Origin: Nitrospira sp.
GTDB taxonomy: Bacteria > Nitrospirota > Nitrospiria > Nitrospirales > Nitrospiraceae
DNA length: 64,000 nucleotides
Direction: 5' to 3'
NCBI GenBank assembly: GCA_030444405.1
Contig: JARFPM010000004.1
Coordinates: 12,540-76,539 of the forward strand
This document shows positions 9,610-20,307 of the stretch, one piece after another. How positions within the stretch are numbered: position 1 is the stretch's first letter; each line of letters begins with the position of its first letter. The position numbers and the translations under genes are program-made. The notes below the pieces were generated by a model that saw nothing but the letters and a program-made list of their open reading frames with translations, was not told where the DNA came from and searched no databases.

Positions 9610-10988
9610 ACGGCCTCCTGTGGCTTGACCGATGGGTCGGCCTGTGTTGACAGGGTCGGCAATAGCATGACCAGCCCGGCACACAGCCAAAACGGCTCCA
9701 TAATGCGGATGATGATGAATGTGTTGGCTCCGATCCCGTGCGCGAGCATGGCGACGAGAGCCAAGAGAAACCCGTGGGCCAACCCTTTGGCAAAGGAGTC
9801 CGTTTGAGACAAGAAGGACTCACGCGCACAGCGCCAAAGACGGTAGATAATAAACCCGAAGGCGCCTAATCCAGCGAGACCGGTCTCTCCGATGATTTTG
9901 ACGTATTGCGCATCAGCCCATGCATACCCGGTAATTCCTCGCCCGAGGATAGGATCATGGACCCAGTCTTTGAGAACATAGGCCCATGACTTCAGGCGTT
10001 CCGTTGTCGAGAGGTCCAGGCCCACATTACCCACTTTGATCTCTCCGCCATATTGACGGCCAAAAAATGTTTCGTTGACCCGTTGTTTCACATTGGCAGG
10101 CGCCAGCAATGGAACCAATGCAATGATGACAAGCAAGACGGTAAGCACTCGCGGGCGTCTCCACTGAGTCAACCCGACCGCCATCAGCAGGACGACACCG
10201 GCCAGGTAAGAAGAACGCGACAAGGTGGCCATCAAGGCCAAGACGGCAAAACCACCGAGCACCAACAATGCGACGCGAATCGGACCAAACTGAACATGCA
10301 ATAAGAGCCCGGTCATGATGGCCAGCAGGAACACCAAGTAGCCGCCCAACGTATTCGGCTCTCCGATTTCACCTTCAAATGGCGCTGAGGCACGTTGGCC
10401 GCTTGGTATTTGTGAAATTGCGTACAAGCTGACAATAAGGCCAACGGTAAGCAGGGCCACCACGAGCCCTACCACCTGTTGCTGAGACCGCACGTGGTTG
10501 ACGACCATAAAAAATACGAAAAAATATTCGAAGTACTTCAGAACAAAGAAAAACCCTGTCATTGGTCTGACATGACCGTTCAGGACACCAACTAAAGTTG
10601 AGACAACACAGATCACCATGTACACAGCGATTGGTCGGTTCAGTGGTGTCTCACGAAATAAAGCCAGTTCACGATAGACGATGTTCTTGACCAACCAACT
10701 GAATCCAATGATAACTAATAAAATGTCGTCCATGCGAAACGACAGCTCTCGGCCCCCGACACCACGTCCTTCGATCCGCCCGATCGCGACCTCAGGCGAC
10801 AACAGCATGGAAGCAATCAGTAGGTAGAGAGCCGCAGAGACGGAGGTGAAGGCCGTCAGAACGATCAACAATCCCATGATGGCTTGTATGCCGACCGTGG
10901 GGGTCGTGAGTGTGAGACCAACTGCGATGACGGCGGCTAGTACAGCGATAACCAGACTATCTTGGGGACTGATGGTTGCTTGTTGCAT
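9606..10988 (-). CDS. O-antigen ligase / Wzy-type polymerase family membrane protein
   Basis: 460 aa with about 10-12 TM segments. Wzy_C-like loop LALMATLSRSSYLAGVVLLMAVG. Sits in the locus between Wzc and the GTs. Confidence 0.75.
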   Translation of the reverse strand: MQQATISPQDSLVIAVLAAVIAVGLTLTTPTVGIQAIMGLLIVLTAFTSVSAALYLLIASMLLSPEVAIGRIEGRGVGGRELSFRMDDILLVIIGFSWLVKNIVYRELALFRETPLNRPIAVYMVICVVSTLVGVLNGHVRPMTGFFFVLKYFEYFFVFFMVVNHVRSQQQVVGLVVALLTVGLIVSLYAISQIPSGQRASAPFEGEIGEPNTLGGYLVFLLAIMTGLLLHVQFGPIRVALLVLGGFAVLALMATLSRSSYLAGVVLLMAVGLTQWRRPRVLTVLLVIIALVPLLAPANVKQRVNETFFGRQYGGEIKVGNVGLDLSTTERLKSWAYVLKDWVHDPILGRGITGYAWADAQYVKIIGETGLAGLGAFGFIIYRLWRCARESFLSQTDSFAKGLAHGFLLALVAMLAHGIGANTFIIIRIMEPFWLCAGLVMLLPTLSTQADPSVKPQEAV

Positions 10989-11011
10989 GACACGGAGGCT
11001 CCTCTGTCGGG

Positions 11012-13168
11012 TTATCGGTGCTCATACCGATAGAGTCCGTACTCCGGCGTCACTTCCGACTTCACATTGGTCAGGACCACGCCAAGAACATTCGCCTGGG
11101 CATGGTCGAGTAGGAATTTGGCTCGCTTCAGGGCGTTCCGCCCGATCCGACCGACCTGATACACCAAGATGGTCCCATCGACACGCGAACTGAAGGCCAC
11201 CGCGTCCGTAACCGGAAGAATTGGTGGCGTATCGATCAGTACAATGTCGTAATCTTCTTGCATTTCCGATGTCAGCGTCTTGATCTTATTGATATTCAGG
11301 AATTCGTTCGGATTGCCCGCTTCTGACCCGCTCGTGAGGATATGAAGGTTGTCCAGTCCAGGTGTATTCATGACTCGATCGACACCAACGGTTCCAAGCA
11401 TGAGGTCCGTGGCCGAGCGGATGTAGGATCGCCATGACGTAGTCCCGAGCAAAGCATCAACCAATCCCGGTTTGCGATCCAAGCCCAACCGTTGATGTAC
11501 GATCGGTTTGCGGAGATCAGCATCCACCAACAACACCTTCATCCCTTCTTGAGCCATGGTGATCGCCAAATTGATGACGCAGGTACTCTTGCCCTCCCCT
11601 AGACCCGCACTGGTGAAAATAATCGATTTGACCCTGCGATCCATGCTGGCGAATTGAATGTTTGTTCGAAGCGAGCGAAGGCTTTCCGACAATACGGATT
11701 TTGGGTCGAGAAGGCAGATCAACTTCGATAAATCCTCCGCCACAGAGGATGGAGTATCTGGAGGCAAAGCCTCTTGGGCCATATCTTTGAGGGCTTTGTG
11801 ATCGAACTGGGGAATGATTCCCAGGACTGGAACTTTGAGGAACTCCTCGACTCCTTCAATGGTTCCTATGGACGTATCAAACGATTCACGACCGAACGCG
11901 AGCACAATGCCCAGAAAGCATCCCATCAGCGATCCGATCATCAGGTTCAATGTGATGTTCGAGGCATTGATCGGCTGCGTCGGGGTCATGGCTGGAGCGA
12001 TAATCGCCACTTCTTCAATACGCTCCGCTCCTTTGATCAACAATTCCTGGTGTTTGGCCTTCAAGGTCGCGAGAAGATCCGTATTTACTTTGACCTCGCG
12101 TTCCAAACGACTCATGTGAATCGCCGCCCGTGGATACCCAAGATAGCGCTGTCGATAGTGACTTCGCTGTTCTTGGAGCGCCCTCTCCCGATCGATGAGG
12201 GTAGCGACCTTTGACTTCAACTCTCGGACCATTTCGGATTTGACGTTGTCGATCTTCTTCTGTTGCTCGGTGACTTGGGGATGATCAGGCGTGTAATTGA
12301 TAAGCAATGTATCTCGTTCTTGGATCAGGTCCAGCAGCCGCTGATTTAGGATTGTGAGCAGAGCATTTTGCTCTTCGGTGAAGATCCGCCCCGTCTGATT
12401 GCCGATCACGGCATCTGATCGTTTCAAGACATCGATTTGTCGCTCGCCCTCGGCTCGCTTCCGCAATACTTCGTTATACTGTTCTTCAAGTTTAGTGAAG
12501 GTGTCCAACGCCGCTCTGGCTTCGTCCGAAAGGAACACTTGACCTTCATTTTCCTTAAATGCTCGCAGCGCTTCTTCTGAATCATTGAGACGCTTTTCCA
12601 AATTATCCACCTGTTCTTCTACGAACCGGCGGGATTCGGTAACGAGTCGATTGCGCGTGGCGATATTTTCTACTCGGTAGGCCGTCGCGGCGGAATTCGC
12701 CATTCGCTCCGCTTGATCCGGCTGATCCGAAGTGGCTGAGATACGGATAATGTTGGTATCACCCTCGCGTTGCGCCGTAATTTCTTGACCCAGATCGTAG
12801 ACAATATTCAAATAGGTGGCGGAACGCTTCTCCTCTTCCGATGCATTGTGAGTGACTCGTCCGAGATCCACCGCCACCCGCTCCATGACCGGGAAGCTCC
12901 GGATGAACTCGATCTGAGTACCAAGATCATTCACGTTGGAATAGGAGAGAGATTCCAACACTTGTTGGGCCATGGTCGTACTGCGCTCAAACTTCACTCT
13001 CGCGGCAGCTTCGTAAATCGGGCTCGGCTTGAGAAGCTCTGAAAAGAGGAATGTGAACAGGACCACCATGACGGTGGAAAGCAGGATCAAGTATTTGCGT
13101 TTCTTGAGGATCAGCCAGTAGTCGATGACGTTCAGTTCATATTGTGCCATGGGTCGCCTCGTCTCCAA
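11012..13168 (-). CDS. polysaccharide co-polymerase / tyrosine autokinase (Wzc/GumC-like)
   Basis: 718 aa. N-terminal Wzz-type TM and a long coiled coil. Second TM, then Walker A SAGLGEGKSTCVINLA, Walker A' VLLVDADLRKP, Walker B YDIVLIDTPPILPVTDA. Tyr-rich tail PEYGLYRYEH. Confidence 0.9.
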   Translation of the reverse strand: METRRPMAQYELNVIDYWLILKKRKYLILLSTVMVVLFTFLFSELLKPSPIYEAAARVKFERSTTMAQQVLESLSYSNVNDLGTQIEFIRSFPVMERVAVDLGRVTHNASEEEKRSATYLNIVYDLGQEITAQREGDTNIIRISATSDQPDQAERMANSAATAYRVENIATRNRLVTESRRFVEEQVDNLEKRLNDSEEALRAFKENEGQVFLSDEARAALDTFTKLEEQYNEVLRKRAEGERQIDVLKRSDAVIGNQTGRIFTEEQNALLTILNQRLLDLIQERDTLLINYTPDHPQVTEQQKKIDNVKSEMVRELKSKVATLIDRERALQEQRSHYRQRYLGYPRAAIHMSRLEREVKVNTDLLATLKAKHQELLIKGAERIEEVAIIAPAMTPTQPINASNITLNLMIGSLMGCFLGIVLAFGRESFDTSIGTIEGVEEFLKVPVLGIIPQFDHKALKDMAQEALPPDTPSSVAEDLSKLICLLDPKSVLSESLRSLRTNIQFASMDRRVKSIIFTSAGLGEGKSTCVINLAITMAQEGMKVLLVDADLRKPIVHQRLGLDRKPGLVDALLGTTSWRSYIRSATDLMLGTVGVDRVMNTPGLDNLHILTSGSEAGNPNEFLNINKIKTLTSEMQEDYDIVLIDTPPILPVTDAVAFSSRVDGTILVYQVGRIGRNALKRAKFLLDHAQANVLGVVLTNVKSEVTPEYGLYRYEHR

Positions 13169-13176
13169 GCATCGAT

Positions 13177-13971
13177 CTATGGCTTAAACGTCATCAACGC
13201 CGGGATCAGGTATGCCGGATAAATCGGCATGATGGCGACTTGAATAATCGGCATGATCTTCTGCGCCGCCTCTGTTGCATCGCCCAGATGCTCGCGGGGG
13301 ACAAAAATCACGTCATTTTCCTCCAGCGGGATGTTTCGTGAAAGATCCCCGTACGTGAAAAGACGGGCCAAATCGGCCGTCAAAATGGTCGGCTTGGTGA
13401 AATTTCCTCCTCGCACCACACGAATTTCTTCCAAGAGCGCAGTCCCATGATAGTTGTCCACGGCGGCCAACGCCTGCAGAACCGTCATGTTTCGAGCCAT
13501 GGGAACCATTCCTGGTTTCTTGACGTCTCCGAACACGAAGACACGCTTGACTTTGAGCAGCTTTTTTTTCAGGGCGATCTGAGCACGAGGCTCTCGCATG
13601 AATGGCTTGGCCGCCTCTTGCACACGCCGTTCGGCCTCAGCCACCGTGATTCCTCCGACGTCGACCTCCATGAATCCCACGGACACGGACCCGTTCTCGC
13701 GCACCAAACTGCTGTACTTTTCTTCCCCCGCCCCTCTACGAATGACTACTTCCAACGTATCCCCGGTCTCAATGGGGGTCTCCGCAGTCGGGACCGTCTC
13801 ATCCGCGTAGACATCCCCTTTCGGTAAGAGAGGGAGCGAGTGCGGAGCGGAACTCACGGCAGACGGAGGCAAAGTCGATTGTCCAGGATTTCGACAACCG
13901 GCTAGAAGCAGGAAACCGATTTCGGCCAACAATAGACCGACCGCTACTGGTTCTTTCGGAAGCCGTCGCAT
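13177..13971 (-). CDS. polysaccharide export outer-membrane lipoprotein (Wza-like, Poly_export + SLBB)
   Basis: ORF 13177..14061. Start set at MRRLPKEPVAVGLLLAEIGFLLLAGC (lipobox LAGC) because the upstream gene stops at 13982. GDTLEVVIRRGAGEE and an SLBB-like C-terminal half. Confidence 0.8.
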   Translation of the reverse strand: MRRLPKEPVAVGLLLAEIGFLLLAGCRNPGQSTLPPSAVSSAPHSLPLLPKGDVYADETVPTAETPIETGDTLEVVIRRGAGEEKYSSLVRENGSVSVGFMEVDVGGITVAEAERRVQEAAKPFMREPRAQIALKKKLLKVKRVFVFGDVKKPGMVPMARNMTVLQALAAVDNYHGTALLEEIRVVRGGNFTKPTILTADLARLFTYGDLSRNIPLEENDVIFVPREHLGDATEAAQKIMPIIQVAIMPIYPAYLIPALMTFKP

Positions 13972-13981
13972 ACAGTATCTC

Positions 13982-14935
13982 CTACGTGACCATCCTGGGT
14001 TGCAGGACCTCCACGATATGCGCGGACATGACTTGCGACAGATCCACTTCGCTTGTTTCACCGTGCTTCGAGATCGCCACCAGAGGCCGGAGCGGATAGC
14101 GCGAATTGACCCTTGTCACCGTTCCAATCTCTCCTGTATTGAGACGTACGTTACTTCCGATCGGATAGAGAGTGATCTGATCCCCCAACGCTTTCAAAAC
14201 ACGCAGAGAAAACGTCGCCTTGGCATGGAGAAGCAGTTCACGGACTCCCCGGTGAGGTGTTAAACGCTTGCGATAGGGTCTCATCGTTATCATCGCGTCC
14301 AATGTATCGACCATTCCAATGACCTGTGCCGCCTCGGCAATTTGCTGGCTTTGTAGACGACATGGGTATCCGCTGCCATCACACCGTTCATGTTCCTGTG
14401 CACTAATGGTAGAGACCCATTCAAAGACCCCAGTCTGAGCGGCGAGGATCCGACGGCCTCGTTCAGGATGAGTACGGAGAATATCTCGCTCTTCCTCCGA
14501 TAATGCTTCTCTTTTCTCGACGATCGCTACAGGTAGGGTCCACATACCGATGTCGTGCAACAGGCCTGCCAACGCCAGCCGCTCCACATCCTGCTGTGAG
14601 TAATTCAACCCCATCCCGACTTTAGCTCCCAAGATTGCGACATGGAGAGCATTATCGACGACATAGTCCTCGGTTTGGCCATCCAAGGCCCACCTGACGA
14701 GTTCGTCGCCGTGATTGAGAAGGTGCACCAACTGTCTGGCGAGATCGGTACATCCTGTGAGCTGCGGGCTCTTGCTTGAACCAACCGCCTCTCTGATCTT
14801 CCATAGCTCCTGTCTTGTCGAGGCACACCAAAAGCGGTTAGTGTTCAGAGATGAGGATCCCTCTGTCGGGGACAGAACCCTCCCGCTCTGCGAATCAGGC
14901 GTCCGCTCTCGGATCAAGTCAGAAAGCCGTGCCAC
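13982..14935 (-). CDS. HD-GYP domain protein (putative c-di-GMP phosphodiesterase)
   Basis: LAGLLHDIGMW (HD), HPERGRRIL, HERCDGSGYPCRL (GYP). Confidence 0.85.
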   Translation of the reverse strand: MARLSDLIRERTPDSQSGRVLSPTEGSSSLNTNRFWCASTRQELWKIREAVGSSKSPQLTGCTDLARQLVHLLNHGDELVRWALDGQTEDYVVDNALHVAILGAKVGMGLNYSQQDVERLALAGLLHDIGMWTLPVAIVEKREALSEEERDILRTHPERGRRILAAQTGVFEWVSTISAQEHERCDGSGYPCRLQSQQIAEAAQVIGMVDTLDAMITMRPYRKRLTPHRGVRELLLHAKATFSLRVLKALGDQITLYPIGSNVRLNTGEIGTVTRVNSRYPLRPLVAISKHGETSEVDLSQVMSAHIVEVLQPRMVT

Positions 14936-14974
14936 CCTTGTTGTTACTCCTGTGAATCTTGATACATCATGACC

Positions 14975-15151
14975 TTACTTATTCACGACCTTTCTCACGA
15001 CAGGGTCCGGCCGCGGGTTGAGCTTATTCAGTTCCCGCTCCAAGGTGGCGCGGATGAAACCGCTGGTCGTGTATCCCTGTTGCTTGAGGGCGTCGAGCTG
15101 CTCCTTCAACTCGACAGGAAGTTGAACAACAATGCGAACAAGCTTGGACAT
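14975..15151 (-). CDS. ribbon-helix-helix (CopG/Arc-like) DNA-binding protein
   Basis: ORF 14975..15199. Start set at MSKLVRIVVQLPVELKEQLDALKQQGYTTSGFIRATLEREL because AGGGAG lies 6 nt upstream of that ATG. Beta-strand then two helices. Confidence 0.6.
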   Translation of the reverse strand: MSKLVRIVVQLPVELKEQLDALKQQGYTTSGFIRATLERELNKLNPRPDPVVRKVVNK

Positions 15152-15193
15152 GGCGACTCCCTTTGGGCAAAGTACTACCCTGGCATCGAACTT

Positions 15194-15211
15194 CTGCACA
15201 TGCTGTGCCTT
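15194..15211 (-). promoter_or_regulatory. possible sigma-54 type -24/-12 element
   Basis: The minus strand reads AAGGCACAGCATGTGCAG, i.e. GG-N10-GC with GGCAC and GTGCA, about 44 nt upstream of the RHH start codon. Confidence 0.25.
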
Positions 15212-15377
15212 GCTAGCATCTCGTTAACGGCATGAAAAATCTGACACTTCTGCTGTGCTCCTCCAGCATTCCTGCCAGAAATGGCCAAAAACTGTCATTC
15301 AGTACCGATCTTGTACAGAAGAGGTGCGGTTCCCGGAGGATGGGGCTACCTGAACCGAAAAGGAAGAATGTTTGTCA

Positions 15378-17897
15378 TTATGAGAATTGGAGCAAGAGCC
15401 GGTACCAATTCTGGTACTCGCAACGCCAACGACAATGTGGAAAGTCAACCGGTTGCACAATAAGATCTCGCATGCGGCTCACCGTGAACTCGGATGTTGA
15501 GAGTCGTCCTGTCACCCAGATCGCTCCATCCCGATCCGTACGAAAGACCGTAATGTGTTGGTCTTGATAAGTTTGCAGTACCGAATCAACCGGATGCCCA
15601 TAAGGGTTAGCCGCACCGACCGAGACGACTGCATACTGCGGGTGGAGTTGCCGAAGCCAGTCCGGATCCAGCGAGGTACGCGCTCCGTGATGAGGTACTT
15701 TGAGTACGGTCACCGGTTGGTACCCTGCCTCGTTCAATCCCCTCAATCCAGCGACTTCAATGTCAGCTGAAAAAAGGATGGAAGAGGTTCCACACTGCAG
15801 TCGCGAGACGATGGATAGATTGTTCAAGAATGTCCCGGAATGGGGCTGAGTCGTCTCACGGACTACTGATGTTTCCGGTGGATTAAGAATCCTGAATCGG
15901 CACTGACCGGACTGTAACAGGTCTTGGCCACGCACAGCGGTGTATTGATCGATATGCTGATCACGAAGGGCTGCTTTAAGATCTTCAACGAATTTCTCAG
16001 AGCGTTCTATCCCCACACCCCAGTATCGTCCGACTGACATATGCCGGAGTATCCAAATCAATCCACCGACGTGATCCAATTGCTGGTGTGTCCCGATAAC
16101 ATGGGCAATATGGTGGATTCTCCGGCTCCACAAAAACGGGGCGACCACATTTCTTCCCATGTCAAATCGTTCATATCGAGATCCACCATCGATAAGAACG
16201 GTCTGGCCATCCGGCAACTCGACAACGGCACTATCCCCTTGTCCGACATCAAGGAATGTGACACGCCAACGATCGCCGTCTGCTTGCGGCACGGGGGGAC
16301 TCAGCCACCACCCGATCAACAATATCGACAGACCGGCGCCAGCAACTCGGACACGCCACGGTATGAGTTGAAGGCTTGCTATGAATAAGCCGGTGTAAAA
16401 CAGGACAATCGCTGGTATTGATGGTGCTGCCACATGCCACTCCACTCCCGGGAGGCGGGCACACCATTGCAATCCAAGAACCATCAACCCGAACAGTTGC
16501 TCTATCGCTGAGCCAAGGATCAAAGACTCGGTGTCCGTAATAATCGTCCACAGGGCGGCAAGCAGTCCCAATGGGACCAAGATGATACCGGTGAAGGGGA
16601 CGGCTATCAGATTGGTGATAGTTCCCATCCACGGAACCTGATTGAAATAGAACGCAACCATGGGCAAAGTAGCCACAGTCATAGCCCCGCTCATCGACAG
16701 GGCGCTGAGCGTATGGCTCATGAAGCGGTATTTCAGCCGACTGTCGGCCCCTCCGGCGTCGGCGTTCCATGATTTCGTGAGTATGATCATTCTGACCATC
16801 ACGAGTACGGACAGAAAAGAGAGTTGAAAGGAGATGTCAAAGATGGCGCGAGGATCGTGCAACAGGATCGCCAGGAGGGCCACAGCCATTGCATGACTCA
16901 GATGGCGTTCATACCCTAGCCACATTGCGATCATCGCCAGAGTGATCATGACGAGCGAACGCATGGTCGCTAACTCAGCCCCCGCAAGCATCGCATAGAG
17001 TGCCACAGCGGGCCAGGCGAGCAGAATGGCAATCTTCGAAGGTGTGACTGTTCGTGATAGGGCCAACAAGAGAGTGAGGGGAAGCCCAAGAACGAGTCTT
17101 TTCACTGTCCAAAAAGCTACGATGGCCACAAGCCCGAGATGTGAACCGGAGATCGAAAGCAGGTGAACTGTTCCGGTCACCATAAACCAGTCTTGGAGCT
17201 CCTGTTCAAGATAGCCCCGTTCCCCGATGATCATGCCGAGAAATAACCCGCGTGTGGGTTGGCTCAATGTGCTGATGGCAGCTGCACGTATCGTGGTCCT
17301 CCAATGATCGATCCGGTTCCATACGCTCCACAACCCGATTTGAGGCTCTGTGTCTAACAGCGTCACCGCCTGAGCACCGGTCACGGTGGTCAGAAAGTCG
17401 ATGCCCTGACGCTCCATATAGGCAGCATAGTCGAATCCACCCGGGTTCAACGACCCTCGTGGACGGTGAAGTCTTCCTCGAAACGAAATACGGTCGCCGT
17501 GATGAAGCGTGATACCAGGTTCGCGCCACACAAGACGTATGCGTCTCGATTCCGAATCTGATTCGTCTGTTTGAACCACGATGGTCTGACGCCCCACGCT
17601 GTGCTGAACGGGAGCTATAACTCGGCCGATAACCGAGGCTTGAACGGTCTCATGAAGCGGCGGCGACATCCGGGAAAACTCCGATGTCGGCGTGGCGAGA
17701 GTCCAGTAAGCGACCCCGGAGGCAAGGCTAGAATACAGGAGCAGTGCGGAGGGTAAGTCGATATAACGGACTCGCTCGAGAATACTGAAACCAACGGCAA
17801 TGCCGGCCAACAGAGCTATGACGGAGAGCGGGAAAAAGGAGATCTGGGCCCCACACAGAAGGCCGAGGAAAAACACTGCTGTGAGGGATGGGAGCAT
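15378..17897 (-). CDS. comEC: DNA internalization competence protein ComEC/Rec2
   Basis: 839 aa. N-terminal DUF4131-like region, polytopic competence domain, C-terminal metallo-beta-lactamase FLDVGQGDSAVVELPDGQTVLIDGG ... HQQLDHVGG ... VPHHGA. Confidence 0.9.
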   Translation of the reverse strand: MLPSLTAVFFLGLLCGAQISFFPLSVIALLAGIAVGFSILERVRYIDLPSALLLYSSLASGVAYWTLATPTSEFSRMSPPLHETVQASVIGRVIAPVQHSVGRQTIVVQTDESDSESRRIRLVWREPGITLHHGDRISFRGRLHRPRGSLNPGGFDYAAYMERQGIDFLTTVTGAQAVTLLDTEPQIGLWSVWNRIDHWRTTIRAAAISTLSQPTRGLFLGMIIGERGYLEQELQDWFMVTGTVHLLSISGSHLGLVAIVAFWTVKRLVLGLPLTLLLALSRTVTPSKIAILLAWPAVALYAMLAGAELATMRSLVMITLAMIAMWLGYERHLSHAMAVALLAILLHDPRAIFDISFQLSFLSVLVMVRMIILTKSWNADAGGADSRLKYRFMSHTLSALSMSGAMTVATLPMVAFYFNQVPWMGTITNLIAVPFTGIILVPLGLLAALWTIITDTESLILGSAIEQLFGLMVLGLQWCARLPGVEWHVAAPSIPAIVLFYTGLFIASLQLIPWRVRVAGAGLSILLIGWWLSPPVPQADGDRWRVTFLDVGQGDSAVVELPDGQTVLIDGGSRYERFDMGRNVVAPFLWSRRIHHIAHVIGTHQQLDHVGGLIWILRHMSVGRYWGVGIERSEKFVEDLKAALRDQHIDQYTAVRGQDLLQSGQCRFRILNPPETSVVRETTQPHSGTFLNNLSIVSRLQCGTSSILFSADIEVAGLRGLNEAGYQPVTVLKVPHHGARTSLDPDWLRQLHPQYAVVSVGAANPYGHPVDSVLQTYQDQHITVFRTDRDGAIWVTGRLSTSEFTVSRMRDLIVQPVDFPHCRWRCEYQNWYRLLLQFS

Positions 17898-17932
17898 GAG
17901 CTTCCCTCATATACCTGGGGAGGAGGGAACAC

Positions 17933-19282
17933 TCAGCCGATATGTTTTCGTACGACTCTGGCAAGGTCCTCAGCCACTTCCTTGACCAGGGTGGACTGTT
18001 CTCCTTCCACCATGATCCGCAACAGCGGCTCTGTCCCGGAATATCTGATGAGGACCCGCCCACACCCGTTCAGGCGGCGTTCGCTCTCTTGTATGGCGCA
18101 ATCAATGTCTGGAATCGAGTCCAATCGCGGCTTCTGCGTGACATGCACATTGACCAACACTTGTGGTACGGCAGTCATGGCCTTGGCCAACTCGGATAAC
18201 GGCTTCTTGGTTCGCTTTACCAATGATAACATCTGCAGAGCCGAGATGAGACCGTCTCCGGTTGTGTTATGGTCAAGGAATATGAAGTGTCCCGATTGCT
18301 CTCCACCGAAGTTATAGCCTTCTGCCAACATTCGTTCGAGCAAATACCGATCACCGACCGGCGTCCGAATCAGCTTGACGCCCGCTTTCGACATCGACAG
18401 CTCTAGCCCAAAGTTGCTCATGACGGTTCCGACCAAGGTCTGCTTGGCGAGGAGCCCGTTTCGATGAAGATCCAGGCCCAAGGCCGCCATCACATGATCG
18501 CCATCGATGACTGTTCCTTGCTCACAGACAAAGACGGCCCGATCGGCATCGCCGTCCAAAGCGATACCAAGATCCGCTTTGTAACAGCGGACCGACTCTT
18601 GCAGGATCTCAGGATGGACGGCACCGCAACCGGCATTGATATTCATCCCGTCCGGTTTATTACCGATGACTTCAACCGTAGCTCCCAATTCCCTGAGAAC
18701 CGTCGGAGCCACTTTGTATGCCGCGCCATTCGCGCAATCGACGACGAGCTTGATCCCTTGAAAATCCAAGTCCTTCGGCAACGACCGCTTTGCAAATTCA
18801 ATATAGCGCCCTTCCGCATCGTCGATGCGGTAGGCTTTGCCGATGAGGTCTGCCGTCGGACGAAGATGACTGATTTCATCCGATACAATCAGTTCTTCAA
18901 TACGAGCTTCCACTTCGTCGGGGAGCTTGAATCCGTCGCTTGAAAAGAATTTGATTCCGTTGTCTTGGTATGGATTGTGCGAAGCCGAAATGACCACCCC
19001 TGCATCAGCCCGTAGACTCCTGGTCAAAAACGCGATCGCCGGCGTGGGCATCGGTCCGACTAACAGCACATCGACCCCCATTGAGCATATTCCTGCCATC
19101 AAAGCAGACTCCAACATATATCCGGAGATACGGGTGTCTTTACCGATGACGATCTGATGGCGGCCCGCTCGTCGCATAAAGATATGCGCGGCGGCTCGTC
19201 CGAGCTGCATCGCCATTTCACTGGTCATAGGATCGAGATTGGCGACCCCTCGGACGCCGTCGGTTCCAAACAATTTACGCAT
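17933..19282 (-). CDS. glmM: phosphoglucosamine mutase
   Basis: FGTDGVRG, active-site [22 protein letters not shown]-type LDGDADR. Confidence 0.95.
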   Translation of the reverse strand: MRKLFGTDGVRGVANLDPMTSEMAMQLGRAAAHIFMRRAGRHQIVIGKDTRISGYMLESALMAGICSMGVDVLLVGPMPTPAIAFLTRSLRADAGVVISASHNPYQDNGIKFFSSDGFKLPDEVEARIEELIVSDEISHLRPTADLIGKAYRIDDAEGRYIEFAKRSLPKDLDFQGIKLVVDCANGAAYKVAPTVLRELGATVEVIGNKPDGMNINAGCGAVHPEILQESVRCYKADLGIALDGDADRAVFVCEQGTVIDGDHVMAALGLDLHRNGLLAKQTLVGTVMSNFGLELSMSKAGVKLIRTPVGDRYLLERMLAEGYNFGGEQSGHFIFLDHNTTGDGLISALQMLSLVKRTKKPLSELAKAMTAVPQVLVNVHVTQKPRLDSIPDIDCAIQESERRLNGCGRVLIRYSGTEPLLRIMVEGEQSTLVKEVAEDLARVVRKHIG

Positions 19283-20174
19283 CGTGCTCCTGTCCGCAAG
19301 ATGACCAGCGTGGATTCAACGCCGCAGCCATCTTGACTACATCGATCATCATGGCAACATCATGGGCACGCACAATGTGAGCGCCGCGATCGACCGCCAA
19401 TGCCACCGCCGCTGCAGTCCCCCATCCTCGATCCTCAACAGACCGTTCAACCACTTTCCCGATAAACGCCTTCCGCGACAGGCCGACCAGTACTGGACGG
19501 TTCAATGCCGCTAAAGCAGCCAACCCATCAAGAAGGTTAAGGTTATGGACCAACAGCTTACCAAAACCAAAGCCCGGATCAAGAATGATGTTTGTTCGAG
19601 CAATCCCTGCACGGAGTGCAACATGCAAACGCTCATCAAGAAAGCGCTTTACTTCGCCAACCACGTCGGAATAATGCGGTGATTGTTGCATCGTTTGCGG
19701 AGATCCTTGCATATGCATCAGGACGACTCCCGCATCGGAGCGGGCGATGACCGACGCCATTGCAGCATCTTGCCGCAAGGCGCTTACATCATTGATGATG
19801 GATGCTCCGCAATCCAGGGCGGCCTCTGCTACTCGCGACTTGGTGGTATCGATCGAAATCGGAATCGGTACACAATGCACCAGTCCCTTCACCACCGGGA
19901 TAACGTGAGCCAATTCATCCTCTTCACTAACGGGTTGTGCGCCAGGCCGAGTCGACTCTCCCCCGACGTCGATGATGTCCGCCCCCTGCTCAACAAGTTC
20001 TAGTGCATGGGCGATAGCTCGTTCAGGTTCGACATATCGCCCCCCATCATAGAAGGAATCAGTCGTGACGTTTACGACGCCCATGATAAGTGGACGCCCT
20101 TTGCAATGAATCTCACGCCCTTTGGCGGAGAACCACTGTCGCGCAGTTACTGGCTGTGATGATACTCGATCCAA
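19275..20174 (-). CDS. folP: dihydropteroate synthase
   Basis: [38 protein letters not shown]. 8-nt overlap with glmM. Confidence 0.9.
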   Translation of the reverse strand: MDRVSSQPVTARQWFSAKGREIHCKGRPLIMGVVNVTTDSFYDGGRYVEPERAIAHALELVEQGADIIDVGGESTRPGAQPVSEEDELAHVIPVVKGLVHCVPIPISIDTTKSRVAEAALDCGASIINDVSALRQDAAMASVIARSDAGVVLMHMQGSPQTMQQSPHYSDVVGEVKRFLDERLHVALRAGIARTNIILDPGFGFGKLLVHNLNLLDGLAALAALNRPVLVGLSRKAFIGKVVERSVEDRGWGTAAAVALAVDRGAHIVRAHDVAMMIDVVKMAAALNPRWSSCGQEHDA

Positions 20175-20307
20175 CTATTCCACCGACGATAGGAAAATGC
20201 AAACTGTCGCTCCGGCTATTCTGGAGGAATCAGAAGCAGTGCGGTCCATGGATACAGCACTATAGGGGCAACGGGTCCAACACGAACGAACCGTTGACAC
20301 AATACAT

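Noticed and set aside
14975-15151. RHH protein as the antitoxin of a toxin-antitoxin pair
   Set aside because: No small toxin-like ORF (ParE/RelE/VapC/MazF type) is adjacent on either side. The neighbours are comEC and the HD-GYP gene, so a transcription-factor role is more likely.
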